Shown: positions 11,240 to 45,845, counted from the first letter of the stretch. The stretch is 64,000 nt of DNA from Chrysomallon squamiferum (GCA_012295275.1 CM022669.1:6944001-7008000); one strand, 5' to 3'. Numbers and translations are program-made. The notes: generated from the letters alone by a model not told the origin.

Positions 11240-14200
11240 TTATGCTATGGCTTTAGCTTCTGGCAAAAAGGCTTCCCAGTACTTGATTAACTGAAAGTAA
11301 AAAAACAAATTCAAAAATTAGAAAAATTAGAAACTTCAGTTATTTAAAGAATTTATTTAAAGATACAAATTTATTAACTGCTTTTTAAACAAAAATAAAA
11401 AATTTCACAGGCTTTCATTTAGATTAAATGTTCCAATTATATGTTGTTTTATTTTATTTTGTGGGGGAGCAGTGGCAATGTTTTTTGGGGGGGTTAACAT
11501 TTAGTTTTTATTTATTTAATTTTTTATTATTTTTATTTTGTTGCTGTAGATCTTTTTTTTTTGGTTTTTATTTTTTTTCCCCCTCAGTTTCCCCCTTTTT
11601 AAATGGGTGTCAAAAATTTACTTTATACTTATTTAGTTCTTTTATATATTAACAGAATTGCCTATAAGATTTTATTTTCTTAATTTTCACAGAGTTTTTA
11701 ATGTTTGATATATTCACCTTCTGCTGACTTTCCATGAACGCTTCCAAATAGGCAATGACACTGTTTTTAAAGTCAATCACACGATACTTCTCAAACCTTG
11801 CAATCTCCTTTCTTATAGTACCAGAAATCTTCTCAAACTCATCCTGACCTTTGTCCACTTTCTGCTCCCACTGAAGAATTAAAAAACAAAATCATTTTCA
11901 AAATTAATCATCAAAAATTTAAGGAAAAGTTTACCCAATAAATTGTTTAGTTTATTTATCTGACTTATAAATGTTAATTTTCTCGTCCTGAAATATTTTG
12001 TTTTGTTCTTTATTATTTACAAAATATTTTTTTTTATATATATATTTCTTTTGGGGTGTTGTCAGGTTTTGAAACTTTTAATTAAAATTATTCTTTCAAA
12101 ATAAAATGTAATGGATGAAATGACTATATTAATATCTTATTAAAAAAAAAAAAAATACGAACTAAAAAAAAAAATGTACATACCCACCCAAAAAGAACCC
12201 TCTATAATAAAACAATATAGTTTTAAATTTAAATACCAAAAATTCTTCCAAAAATTGCAAAATTAATAAATATAGAAAAAAGTCATCCTTAATACAATAA
12301 ATCTATAAAAAATAAAAAATAAAATTCTGTAATTTGAAAAATGTACCAAAAAACCCCATCTCTTCAATTAATAAATCTAAAAAACAGTTCAACAAATCTA
12401 AAAAAAACGATCTCTTTAATACAATAAATCTACATAATAAAGCTACAATAATTTGAATAAATGCACCAAAAAATTGCAATTTCTTTAAAATAACAAATCT
12501 GTTTTAAAAAGTAACCTATTTAACAACAGAAGCACTGTGTAAAATAACAAACCTCAGTAATTTCTTGTTGTGCCTGTTGAATTTTGTCAGACTTGTGTTG
12601 AAGCTCCAGTTTTGCTTTCACTTCTCGTTTCTTTGCCAGCATTGTCTCTGCCTCTTTCCAGTTTTTGTAGATTTTAACACGGTCATGAAACACCTCCTGT
12701 GTTTAACACACACAACATATATCTTAATGAGCTTTGCAACATTATTGGTAGTAGTAGCAGTAATACAAGTAGTAGTAATGATAGTAGTAATGTACCAGTG
12801 GCTATAGTGGTGGTAGTAGTAGTTCTGACAGTAATAGAGGTACAGTAGTAGAGATAGTAATTGTAATAACAGCAATAGTACTGGTAGTAGTAGTGGTGGT
12901 GGTATAATAGTAGTTGAAACAGAAGTAATAGTAGAAGTGTACTAGTTGTAGTAATGGTAATAGTAGTAGCAGCAACAATATTCACAATAATACTACTATT
13001 GTTACGGCTTTATTATTTGTGACAATGTTGGAAGAAAACAGAGCAAATGCACAGCAATGACAGAGAAAAATGGTGACACCAGACATTCTTTTAACTGTAT
13101 TCTTTGGTGATTTAACATTTCATTATTATTTAAGATTGGCCAGCAAAAAACAAAATCAAAAAAAAAGAAAGAAAATAGCCTAAATGACATCTTGAAAGCA
13201 CATAATTTACTTATTTTCATCATCATGAAAGCACATTAAAGTACTCCATTGAGACTTGTCCTAGAGAAAAGCTTGTTTGATATTATCAAAAGACTGTAAT
13301 GAAATACAAAAGACAGTGATAAATAAACACATACTTTGACTGCACCAAGCAGGGAAACGTAGTCTTTCATCAGTTCGGCCATGGTGAAGAAGTCCATGTC
13401 AGCCTGCTCTTTGTGCAGCTGTTCTATCTTCTCCTCCGTCTCTGCCAGCTGTGACAGCGCGCGTGACAGCGCTGTGTGCTCCTCCACGCTGCCCAGCATC
13501 GCCGCACTCTTGGCAAACACGGCAGTAGACTGACTCAAATCTGTAACAGTTCAAAACTTTGTGAGTTGTATGTCACATTTAACATATGGAAGGATTGATA
13601 AAATAAATAAAGAAAGAAAGAAAGAAAGAAAGAAAGTAATAAATAAATAAAGAAAAGAAAAAATGTAAAATAAAAAGTGAAATTAAATTAAATTAAGTAA
13701 CTAATAAAATCAAAATGTTTAATAAAATAATAAAAAATGATAATAATAATGATGATGATGATAATGAGAACTGTAATGATGATAATAACTACAGCAATAA
13801 CAACAATAAAAATAACTAACAATAATAACAATAATAATAATAATAATAATATTGTGAAGCATTTCACCTCGTCTGTGCATGGACAAGGCTTCAACGCTAG
13901 CATGCAGTTTGCGTAGCTGCTGATCCAGAGCTTCAATTTGCTGTTGTTTTTCCTCAAACCACTGAAAACAAAACAATTGTTTTTAAAACCAAAGTAATAA
14001 ATTAATTCAGAAAGAATTAGGAATAATTAAATATCAACCATTATTTTAGCACCGAAATTAATATTTAAATATAGCAATGAATAATTACTGTACAAGTAAA
14101 ATGTAATCTGTACATTATACTCTTGAAATAATGAATTTAAAATGCTAAATATTCACAATTTTACTCATCTCTTAATATTATGTAATTTAAAAATTGTAAA

Positions 14201-15669
14201 AAATTAAAATTTAGAATATTCTAGAACAGTAAATTTAAATCAAAATGGTTAGAGCAGCACATAATTTTAACAATTATTTTTCACCGAATATTGTAAAATT
14301 CAGGATTTCTATTTTTTCACATTTGCATGTATCATTAAAAAATGTACACTTTGACAAATAAGATTTATAACTAGATTTAAACTGAAATTTCTTACAAAGA
14401 CACACAGATACATGAATACATCCTAGCTAGCAAGACTTATACAGAAACAGTATTTTATTTAGCATTTACTCATTTTCATAATATTTATTAATTTTTAACG
14501 AAAAAACAAAAGAATATATAAATCAGTGCATGCCCAGTGTACACAAATGAGCCCATTTATTTAAAATTATTAATTATTTTTTAAATTATTTTAATAATTA
14601 ACAAACAAAAAGTCAGTCTAATATAATGGTTTTTGTTACAACACCAGCTTGTTTGGTTTTCTTTTCACAGATCAGCAAACATGCCAACAAAATAAATTTA
14701 TAAAATAAAAACAACTGAAAACTAAAAATTATAAATTATGAAACAAAATTTAAAGATAAAATTAAAATTAATAATAACTGAATTAAATTAAAATTTTATG
14801 AATTTAAAATTAAAATGTTATAAAAATAAAAACATTAAAGATAAACAAATAGTAAAGAAAAGTTTATGCAAACAGCAAAAACAACAGAAAAAAATATATA
14901 TCTTGTGGAGGAACACACAAATTAACTTGTCAAATAAAATGATAAATGGTTAATATAAAAATGTCTGTTTGAAATCATTACAAGTTCAAAACTTGCAATA
15001 AAGTATAAAGACCAAATTAAATAAATTATATAATTTAAAAGATTAATATTGAACAAAGTTCCAAATAAAATATTTAAATAATTATAATAATAAATACATG
15101 ATACAAAATTACCTAACTGTGTATGTGTTTGATTTGATTTGATTTGATTTTGTTTTTTTTAAACAGCAGCCTGTTTTAATATTCATTTTCATCAAGCATT
15201 TTATTTTATTTATTTTATATATATATAAATATATGAGAAAAAACTAAGCTATAAATTTTTTTTAAATAGAAACAAACATTTTCCATTAAAAATGAAATTA
15301 CGAAATTAATGCCAACTGATCAAAAGTAATGTTTAGTAATTTTAGAAATAAAAAATAAAAATAACAACACTTAGTTTGAAATTAAAACCACTGATAAACA
15401 TGGATTATGAAATCAAAATATACAAATTAACATAACAAAAACATCCTAAAACTTAAAATCATGATTCAAGCTCAAATATTAATCGAATTTTAACAATTAT
15501 TATTAAAAAAAAAACAAAAAAAAAAACAGTGTTAACAACTACATATTTAAAGCCAGTTTTCTTAATCTTATACGTTAATTTATTAAGTAAATAAATAAAT
15601 AAATAAATGTTTCTAACAAATAATAATTTAAAAAAGAAAATTCAAATAAAAATCATAGGAAAACTTTTA

Positions 15670-15730
<61 letters not shown>

Positions 15731-16462
15731 GTTATTAAAAAGAAATCCTTGAAAACATTTTGGATTTTGTAACAGCATAATAAAATATTAATTTTACACA
15801 TATCTTGATTATATTGTATACATTTTTTACTTCAGCATTACACTGAACAGAAAGGTAATAAATTTAAATATATGCTACCAAACTGTGAATAAGAACAAGC
15901 TAAAAATATGAAACAGACTTCTATCCCTCATCCCCCCCAAAAAAAATCAACTTCATCCAACCAATATACTGAATAAAGATTAAAACAAAATCAAAATCAA
16001 AATTACTGACCAAGTACTGAAAATATTTTTATCTAAAACAATTTGTCAGGACTTCTTTACATCACAATAAAATGGATTTTTTGCAATTGCTTTACGATTT
16101 TATCAGTTCATATATTTTGAAATATGTTTTATTTGAAAGATGAAATTAATTTTTATTCAGTATATTTTACCCATGCTAGATACTAGTTTCACTCCTGTCA
16201 CTGAGTAACATTGTCTTGCATGTTAGAATTAAAAAAAATATTACAGTAGATCAGTAAATAAACAAACATTTGTTATTTTTACTCTTTCCTCCGTTTTTAA
16301 TTACCTTTTTTTGTTCCTGTGTGTATGTTCCTGTAGATGTATGTTTATCTGTGTGTTGATTTTCAATCTTATTTATTTTCAACTGACATTAATTAAAATT
16401 TATTATTATTAAAGATGATTTATTATTATTATTATTACATTATTATTATGATTATGATTATG

Positions 16463-16521
<59 letters not shown>

Positions 16522-17024
16522 CAAACTTGCATTTAAACTCAATTTTGAAGAAGAGGGTTTCCTTAGAAAATGCTTTTAAAACCAATAATAAAACTTTTAA
16601 CAATAATAACAATAACAATAACAACATTATAATAATAATAATAATAATAAAAGCAGTAACAATAACTGTATATTCATGCAGCTAATGTTTACAATGAACA
16701 AGCTATATTTACTAACACAAAAATGAACCAAAATAATAATAGGAAACAAAAACCTATTATCAGGGCTGGAGAAACATAAATTAATTTTTGCTGCTTTAAA
16801 TAAAAGTTATTTTCTGTCACTAGTTTATAGCAGAGTTTTCTTTACTTCTCATTTTGTTTATTTGGAAATTTAAAGAAAAAGAAAAGAAAGAAGAAATATT
16901 TCTCAAATGTTAGTCACAAATTTGTTAAATAATAAATCAAGGACAAAGAGTGACTGTTTTTAATTGGGTTACTTTTTTTTCTTTTTTTTTTTTTTTTTTA
17001 ATTTATAATTTATCTATTTATTTA

Positions 17025-17062
<38 letters not shown>

Positions 17063-17254
17063 CAAACATTTTTATTTTCTTTATTTTTTTTTGATATCTT
17101 TTCTTTCTTATATTTTTTTCCCCAAAAATATTTTTAGAAGTTGGTATCACTTTTTATTTTTCTCCTTAAATAAAAATACATAATGATTCAAAATTAATAC
17201 ATTTTTCATTTTTAAATTTAAAAATTGTATTTCCCCACCCCTGACCTAGGATTA

Positions 17255-17290
<36 letters not shown>

Positions 17291-20200
17291 ATTTTTAAAA
17301 ATAATAATTATAATAATAATAACAACAATAAAAATAATAAATAAATAAACAACTCATTCGGATACTGTCAAAATTACCTGCACGTCATAGTTCCACTGGT
17401 CAGAGTCAGAAGGGGACCGAGGAACGATTGAGCAAAAATAAGTATGGAAATAAGCACCTAGTCGCTGTAGATATTAACATGCACTGAGTAAATAGTACAC
17501 CTACATTCACTTATAACAACGAATTGCTACCGCTAAACAATTTCTTAACTGTTTTCAGTTTTAACAACAAAAGATAATTTTGAAATACAAACATTTTTTT
17601 TGTACGATATTTCTGAATGTAATGATTATAACTAGAGAAACATTATTTTAAATTATTTATTTATTTATTAAAATTGAAAAAGATTTAGAAAAACAGAAAA
17701 AAAAAAAAAAAAAAAAAAAACATTTTGTATCATCATTAAATATTTATATTAAAAAATATGAACTTTGTTTTCATAATCAATCAAGTTACATATTAATTTA
17801 AAATTATAATAGTAGTAATAGTAATTTTAAAAAGTAATAGCATATCAACAGGAAAGTTTTTTTGCAAAATAGTTTTAGAACATAAATGACATTAATATTG
17901 AAATTAATCAAAAGATAAGTTATTTTAAATAAACAGGTTTTTCTGGAGGTTTTCCCAAATGTTGAAATAAAAAAATTAAAAATAATAATAATAAAGAAAG
18001 AAAGGCAAACTAAAGTTTCACAAAAATAGATATTTAAATTTAAACAGTAATAAAAACACTTTTTGTTTTTTCATTTATTTTTAATTTTTTTAGTCTAGAC
18101 ATCATATCATGTCAGGACAAAAAATAAGTTATGGATAGTCAAACAAAACATTTATTTTGTTTTTTAACAGGCACATATATCTTCAGAAACAAAACAATAG
18201 TAAAATAATAGTTAGGTTATTGTGTTATTTATCTGAATGGTACATATGTCTTCTAAAACTATTTCAAATGATTAAATAATTGAACAAATACAAATAAAAT
18301 ATTTAATTTGTACCATGAAATTTAAAAATTATTATACAAAAATGACACTTGTATCTAAAAATAATTTTAGTATCAAAAAAAATTAAGTGAAGAATTTTTA
18401 ATAAATTCAGAACTGTGCTAAAGGAATTATTGTTTCAACTGTTAAATGATATCAGTAAATGATATAAATCTTCTACACAAAATAAATATTTATTAATGAA
18501 GAATCATACATTTGAAAGCCTTGTTAAAGTCACAAAATCCATAAAATTTCAACATCACATCATGCTGTATTTTTTAGAAACAACAGAAATGACAACCAGG
18601 TACCAGCTTTGAAAAAATTGCAAGAACATTTTTTGATGATTCTTAATTTCTCAATCAAAATAGCAAACAAGTGGATTAACGGAACTGTTTTTAACAATGA
18701 CATTCACTTTTACATTTTGATGAATTAAGTGACTTTGATAAGGTTTTCTTGTTGTATATGCAAATAAATAAAACAGGTAACAGATGTGTTTTATTAAGTG
18801 AAATGTGTTTAATTTTAAACAGCATTAATCTGGACAACATTTGTGTACATGCATGCCCCTGAATCTGAGTAACAAATTAAAAGATTTAAATTTTGATGCA
18901 GATAATATATTATTAAAATTGATTTAATAATTAAAAAAATATAGAAAAGCCATATTACTGAAATTTTGTTTTCAAACTACAGCTTGGGATTAAATGCTGA
19001 ATTATGAATTTGATTGATTACAGTCCAAATTATATTTGAAGAGTTTTTTTCCCTTGCATTGTATTTTTCTGTAATAAATAATTAATATATAACTGAAATT
19101 TTTAAAATATACTGAATTGTTAGGGATCTGGTTCTTTCTTTTTTTCTTCTTTCTTTTATTTTTTTTATTTTGTTTTTAAATACTTCAGATTGCAGTAAGT
19201 TAAATATTTATTTTTGTGTTATTTATTATTAAATTATATTCTGACCTTTAATTTAACTGATAATGCCAATAATTTTTAACTTTTTATTTAAAATTAATTT
19301 TAAACATAGATTATAAACTTATAATAAATTTGCTTAAAAAAATTACAACAAATGAATAAAATTCAAATTTGAACTAAATAACCCAAAGTTCTGAATCATG
19401 TTGCTGTTCCTTATTCTTTACTTTTTTTTTTTTTTTTTTTCAAAATTCATAAAACTATTCCAAATATAAAAATATATACAATTTTTTAAATCTTGAGTAT
19501 ACATATATATATTTATTTATTTATTTAATTATTTATATTTCAAACAAAACTGACATTTTAAAAAAAAAAAAAAAAAAAAATGGAATTATTTATATAGCTT
19601 AATTTTAAACGTACCTCATCATTTTCATCCATTTTGAATGTGATTTTCTCTACAGCATCGCCAACCTTGTGAAACAACCTCATCATACCGGCACCGCTGA
19701 GTGCCGATGTACTCGTAGATCTGGGCAGTTCTCCTTCTCGTTCAAGAAACTCCTGAACGTCAGGATCAGTCCTTAATACAGGATGTTGTATGGTCCTTCT
19801 TAAATACCTGTCAAAAAAAAAATAATAATAATAATTTAAAAAACACCATAATGTTAAATTATGTTTTTAAAAAGTACCTGAAAACTAGTTTTGTATTTTT
19901 CACAAACACACACAGATATAAATACATATTGTGCAGATGCCTCCAGTACGTTGAGGTCTCTCATAATCTTATTCAGAAATACTAAGTTCTTTTACTACTA
20001 AATAAAATATTAACTTTAATTAAAATGGATTTAATAAACCTGAATTTCAAATGTTTGATAAAATATTTCTATTTTAAAAAAATCAAACCTTTCTAGAGCA
20101 GCTCTTCTTCTTTCTACAAAATCTGAGGAGCCTGATTCTTCTTTTGACATTTTTATTTTAGTCATACCTGTAAAAAAACCTAAAGTATTTTAAATATATA

Positions 20201-21228
20201 TATAATTATTTAATTAAAAAAACCAAAACAAGAAGATCTCATTCATATGTAAATCATCTCAGTTTTTCACACGTGGAAAAGATCTTAGTTTAAACTTTTA
20301 TTAATTTTCTTCATTTTTATTTTTGCTTAGTGATGGAAATATTTTAAATTATTATATATTTACACATTATATTCAATTTGTCTTTAATTAGTACATAGTT
20401 TTACACATTTAATATTGTAAGTGTATCGTTTTGTTCTATAACATATTATAAATTTTATTTTTATTATCTTTATAAATTTGAGTTTTCATCAATATGTGTC
20501 TGTTTAACAAACATTTGCTAGATTTCAAATTTCCTAAAAATAACACTTCTTTAACTGTAATTAGCAACAACCAAATTTCATATGCAGCTTCCCACAGATA
20601 GAAAAACAAAATTAATTCTGTTATATGACAGAGATGTTTAGATATTAATAATGATCAAACAAACAGAATGTCTGTTATTAATCTTTAAAAAAAAATAAAA
20701 AAAAAAAAAAAAAAATAATAAGAAGAAAGAAATGAAATATTTTACCAAGAACACTTTTTTCTGGAGCAGGAGGAACAATGATACCTAGGTGGGCATGTTT
20801 TTCTTGTAACCTAGAGTGTAAACCAAGAAAATCACTAAATCTACGTGTTACTTCGAGTTCTGGCTTTCGGAAAGCTGGAATGCTTGTCTGAAAAAAGATA
20901 AATGTAAAGAAATGTGAGAAAAATCATGTACTGAAAAGTTTTCTGTTTCAGGATAATGTCATTTTAAACTGTTTGTTTGTCTGGTTGTTTAATCCAAAAT
21001 TAAAATTGGTTATTTAAAACCAATAATTATACTCTGATGGTGATCTTTTTCTCTATCTTTCCATTTCTCATATACAAGTGAATATCTATATTTTAATTTA
21101 TACTAAAGTTATACAGTTTGTATCTTTCTTCACTCCTTTGCCTATTATGCACACATAGAAACCAAATATATACACAGACATATATGTATATACCTGTGTT
21201 TATGTGTATTTATGTGTCTGCCTCTGTC

Positions 21229-21327
<99 letters not shown>

Positions 21328-24325
21328 CCTCTTAAAACAAATGAAAATATCTACCTTAGTTTTCACTTTGTACACCATGTAGGCACCCATACCATCTCCC
21401 ACCTTAGATGGGTCAGTGACACTGATTTCCATAGCATACTGGTCCTCATCTTCTTCCACCTGTAAAACAACAACAAACAGACTAACAAACAGTTCTGACT
21501 GACCAGACATAACTTGGAATTTACTTAAGTTTCTTTGTTTATTAAATATTATCCAGCATTTTCTGTTGGACTTGCACTGTAGTAAAGTACTGCCAGATAG
21601 CAGTAAGAATATGTACCATAATTTTTATTTATCTTTTCTTTTGATTTTATAAATTTTATTTGGGTTTTCTGGTTGTTGTTTTTACTGTTGTTGTTGTTGT
21701 TTTGCTGTTATTTTTGGTGGGTATTATTTTTTTTTGGGGGTGTCCATTTTGTGAAACTCCTTGTTAGAAGACTAGCTATAAACAAATGTCTATATAATAA
21801 ACATTAACGTAGAAGAAAACAACTGACTTAAGAGTTTTTCAAAATTTTAATATTTCTGAATAATCTGAATACTCTTTATGGTTGTCAGAATGTTTACATT
21901 TATTTTGCAGATTATTTTTTATTATTATTATCAGCTCTTGGATGTAATGCATTTGGAGTATCTTATAATTCAGAGAGCAAAAAAGTGGTTTATCGGAAAC
22001 TACTATAAGTGAATCACTGACACAAAAGGTACATTCTGAAAGAAAAATTAAAATTTTTGTTTTGGCTATCTAGAAATTATAAAATATGAACTTCTCATAG
22101 AATTATTGAAAGGTGTGTGTGTGTGTGTGTGTGTATGTATGTGTGTGTATCAGTGAGATTCTAACAGGATATTTCAAAATGTCAGCAAAAATCAAAATCC
22201 TACCTCATCTTTGACTTGTTTTCCGTCTCCTGAGCTCTTTGTCATCGCAGTCGTCTGAGAAACAACCAGCTGTGGTTTTTCCTCTTGTGTTTCGTTTTTA
22301 CTTTCCTCCAGTAAAGAGGCATCACCTTTAGCATTGGGTTCTGAAGACATGTTTGTCTGAGGCAGCTCTTCGTCATCTGTGTCATCCAGTTTTACCTCTG
22401 TGTTAGCAGCTGTGACAAAACATACTTTAATTTTGTATTCCAGTTTTGATATATATTCAAATAAACAAACATAGATATAGACATTCACCAAAACATACTT
22501 ATATACATCTGCATGTGTTTGTGAATATATATTTATTTATATATATATGGATTTTTAAAACAAAAAGGTTTATTATGTCATAATTTTTAAAGAAATCAGA
22601 GACCACAATTTTTTTTCTGTGTTTTTTAAACTTCATCATCATTTTATCAAAACTGTAACATTTTTCACATACAAACTGTTATAAATCAATGAATGAATTA
22701 AAGATTTTCTTCACCAATAAAGGATGTGAATATTCTTAAATTGTTATGTTCAGAAATGCTCACCACTGCTTGCAAACAGATCATCTTCTGTGTTATTCTC
22801 CTGTGGCTTGTTTTCAGATGCAGGCAAACTTCGTGGGTTCATCAGCGAACAAGTCTGCTGAATTGACATCAGGCTGTATCTTCTACAAATAAATGTATAA
22901 CTACAGTTATCACACAAACATGTTTGTACATATATGTACACACACACAAAGATAAAAAATAGATACAACACTTATTATGACATAACTATATTAATTTATT
23001 TCAAGTATAACAATTAAAAAGCCATGAATGATTAATCATTAACAACATTTTAATATGCGTAAACATTAATGCATTTCAGTAAAGTATTATTAGATATCAG
23101 ACATCAGTGATATTTGTGTAATAAATGTTAGAGGAATGACCAATCTACTGTAGTCTGCTCTTACTATTAAAACAAGATCTCTTTTACATGTACTTTCACA
23201 AACCACATTATTTGTACAGCTGATCAGAAAAAAAGATAGCCAAACTAGCATTTTGTAAGTAAACATTTGGCCTATGAAAATAAATAATAAATTATTATTC
23301 AAAGTCTTTACCAATTGCACTGATGGTGTTGAATAGTTCATTAGCCTGCTTACAGTGGCAGGACAGGCCTGTTTGAGAGGTGTTTGGGTTTGTGGGGTTT
23401 TGTTTTGATTTTGATTTATTTTTTAATTTTTATTTTTATTTTAACTTTTATTTTTATTTTATAATTTTTTTTGAGTGGGTGGAGGAGGTGTTTATTGAAT
23501 TTTTCTCAGTAATTATTATCAGGTTAATTAATAGAATTTGTCAGCAAAAACTGGAAAAATTGGTAATTTGGTAATATCAACATGAGCTTGATGATAATGT
23601 ACGCACATTGTTTGGAAATTTGAATTTAAAACCTTTTCTATTGCTCAGAAGGGGGCTGAGGTCAGACACTAGTCTGACAACTTTGTTGAATATTAAATTT
23701 CATGATTCATGATTATGAGTAACGTTTCTGTTTATTTATAGATAAAAAAAAGAAAGAAAAAAAACCCCTATCCTTTCATTTGTTTTTAAATAATGTCTTT
23801 ATTTTTTTTTTTTATTCTCAAACCTTTAAATTAATCTTAAACTTTCCGTTAAAAAATAGCATAAATAATAAAAATTGACTTGTAGACTATATATTTTAAT
23901 CTATAAAATAAGCAACTAAGAAATGCATTTTCTATCAATTAATCCAGTTTCATTTTTATTTTTAATATTAAGTTTCGCAATGCTTAACCGAAGGCTATAT
24001 TATTTCATTTGTTACTGATTAATAATTTTTAAAAAGGGGGCGTATCCATACTAAAACTGTCACCTCTAACTTCATTACTGTTACCGCAGTGTTACGATTC
24101 AATCATCAATGTAACATTCACCAGCAATGGAACGGTTCAACAAACATTGTTTCTAGTAAATTGCACTCGATAGTTTTGAACAGATTTTTAACTGTTAATA
24201 ATTATTAGTTATCAGTGAGTTTCTGTGTATGACAACTATACCTTTTTGGTCTCAGGGAATAATTCATCATCACTTTTTTGATCCTCTTCCTCATCCATAG
24301 GGGGTGGTTCGAGACCGTCCGCCAT
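11240..24325 (-). CDS. SNX2: Sorting nexin 1/2 ortholog (PX-BAR), 12 constitutive coding exons
   Basis: Exons: 24325-24242, ~22882-22764, 22409-22204, 21459-21355, 20887-20746, 20167-20089, 19807-19615, 13961-13868, 13540-13335, 12696-12553, 11870-11718, 11290-11240. Peptides [58 protein letters not shown] and C-terminal [16 protein letters not shown]. Exon 2 has an unresolved frame break. Confidence 0.96.
17378..17395 (-). CDS. Candidate 18-nt alternative microexon of SNX1/2 (WNYDVQ)
   Basis: Sense strand reads ttcctcggtccccttctgactctgaccag|TGGAACTATGACGTGCAG|gtaatt; phase 0-0, matching the flanking exons. Confidence 0.6.
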
Positions 24326-24352
24326 CTTTGTTGTCACGTGATACAGTCACGA
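24320..24352 (-). promoter_or_regulatory. SNX1/2 proximal promoter motifs: YY1-type AAGATGGCG over the ATG and CLEAR/USF-type E-box GTCACGTGA
   Basis: Plus strand cgccatctttgttgtcacgtgatacagtcacga; E-box at 24333-24341 and a half site at 24346-24352. Confidence 0.5.
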
Positions 24353-25632
24353 AACATTACGTCCCTTAATGTTAAGGAGTTACCACCCTTCGATCAGTTT
24401 AAATACTGTTGTTTATTACTATTACAGACATTGTTTCTGGTATTATTTTTGTCACCAAAATTATCACCTTCATTGTTGTTGTTTGTATTCATCGGCATAA
24501 CAGAACAGAGAAGTGGTACATTCGAGAATATGACTGAGGAAATGTGTGTGTGTGTGTGTGCGCGCGAAAACGAATAAAATAAAAAGTTAATAATAAATAA
24601 ACAACAAGGTCAGCATAAAATAAGAAATATTTTAAAAACAATAAAAATAAAATAAATATAATTTTTAAATGATTAAATGATTAACTCAGTTTTATTTCCA
24701 AGAAACTGATATATTTTGAGAATTTACAAAATTGTTATAAATAAAACAAATAAAAGTGGCCTAATGTAAGAACCATTCTGAGTATATAATATATATATTT
24801 ATAACAGTTAGAGATTCCTATTTCCCATTCCAAACCCTGTCCTGCAGATGGAGTATCACAATGATAATGTGCATCGTTCTTTATTGAAATGTGAATATAA
24901 AACATCCCTTTCTGTTTAAAGAAAAAAGTTTCGTTTGAAGAGTGAATGTCAGAATAGAAAATATCTGACATTAAACAATCGATGATAGAAACTTTCTCCA
25001 TGATCCTTTCCTTTCCTTGCTTCTATTTGTTTTGTTTTGTTGTTGTTGTTTTTTTGTTTATTCATTTATTTATTATTTATTTATTCAAACAAAAATTACT
25101 TTTTATTTTTTTATTTTTTTTTTTAATTTTTAATTTTTATTTGTAATTTAATTATTTTTTTTTTTTACTTTAGTTTTATTTATTTATTTATTTATTTTTA
25201 TTTAATTTAATTTAATTTAATTTAATTTTAACTTTTCCTTGGGCTTCTCATTTCTTTTATTTCCTTTTTTGGTCTTTCCTATACCCTGCAGAATTAACCA
25301 TAAACGATATTTTATATTTCTTATTTAATTTTATGACAACTCATGTCTTCCTTCCATGATTAGACAGACAGTTAAAAATAGCAAAACGAATACGTTCCTG
25401 GTATCTGTACAAATGACGCAAGAAAAACAAACACTCGAAAAGCAAATAAATGACACCAATCTTTACGATGACACTACAGTATCCGTTTAAATCCGGATAT
25501 TTTATTTTGTTATTCTGAAATATACATTTTTTTTTTTTTTTGACGCAGACGAACCAGGAAGATTAAAATGCTACTTACTATACAACAGTAATTCACGTCG
25601 TCAGTTACCAGTAGCTTCTGTATCGAAGTCAG

Positions 25633-44458
<18,826 letters not shown>

Positions 44459-45167
44459 AACAAATAACTGTGTCAAATAGTTTTATCTAAATACTCACTA
44501 CTAACCTACTCAGTGTTCATCTTGGACACAACTCGACAAAACTATTTTTCTATATGGGACAGCATATACGTATATTATTATTATTATTATTAAAGTTACA
44601 AAAACTTCAGACAGACGCTATCAGTGACACTTGGTGGAAACTGAAACACAGCAGACTGTACTTTTATCAGAGCAATTCTTGAAGCAAGGAAGTCTTCCCT
44701 CGCAGTTACAGCACGAAGCTGGCAGGATTTGGTGAAGCCATTAAAGAATAATTAAATGAAAATTAGAGTTGCGTCCCTTGAACAATTGTTGCATTACTAT
44801 ATCGTGTGCACGTATATCCTTACATCTGTTTTCTGTTTAATCATATTATTATCATCATTATTATCATTATTATTGTTGTTGTCATTATTATTATTATAAT
44901 TGTTATTATTATCATTATCATCATCATCACCATCATCATTATTATTATCATCATCATTACTACTATTACTATTACTATTATTACAACTATTACTACTACT
45001 ACTACTATACTACTACTACTACTACTACTACTATTATTATTATTATTTATTATAAAATCCTTTTGTCTGTTATTACTTTTTATTTATGCCACTGGTAATG
45101 AAATAAACTATGCTATTTAATTTCATTCATTTGTTTAGTTTTTCATTTAATTTTATGTCGTTTTTAT

Positions 45168-45198
<31 letters not shown>

Positions 45199-45769
45199 TA
45201 GCTGTACTAAATCTATAAATAAGGCAATCTGATAAGGAAAACAAAAAGGACAACGGGGAAGGAAATATCCTTAAAAGAGGTACACTATTCAGACATTGTT
45301 CTGTCACGATTCAGGTTACTCTGCACCCGCAAACAAGAAGAAAACTGCTAGAAACTTTAGAGCTTTCGTATGTCACCCATTAATCAGAGACACTACCTGG
45401 TGTCACACTCGGTAAACACTACACATACAGATCAGCAAAAAAAAAAATATATATATATATTTGCAACATTCATAACGTTTTACAGTTTCATATATACATA
45501 CATATATAATTATAAACACGCACACACATACACACAAACACAGTACATTATAAATTTTTCTTTTTTATTATTATTGTTTTTTGTTGTGTTGTTTTTATTG
45601 TGTTTTTTGTTTTGTTTTTTTTGCGTTTGTTACAATTTGTGATGTTAAATATTTGGTTCAAGGTCTCTACAGACGTTTAAGCTCTTACTATTAATGAATA
45701 AAAATACTACTACTATTACTACTACTACTGCTACTACTGCTGCTACTAATACTACTATTACTACTACTA

Positions 45770-45845
45770 CTACTACAATCATTCATTATTTATTACTACT
45801 TTATTATTATTTTTATGTTTGTGTGTGTGTGTTTGTGTTTGTGTT

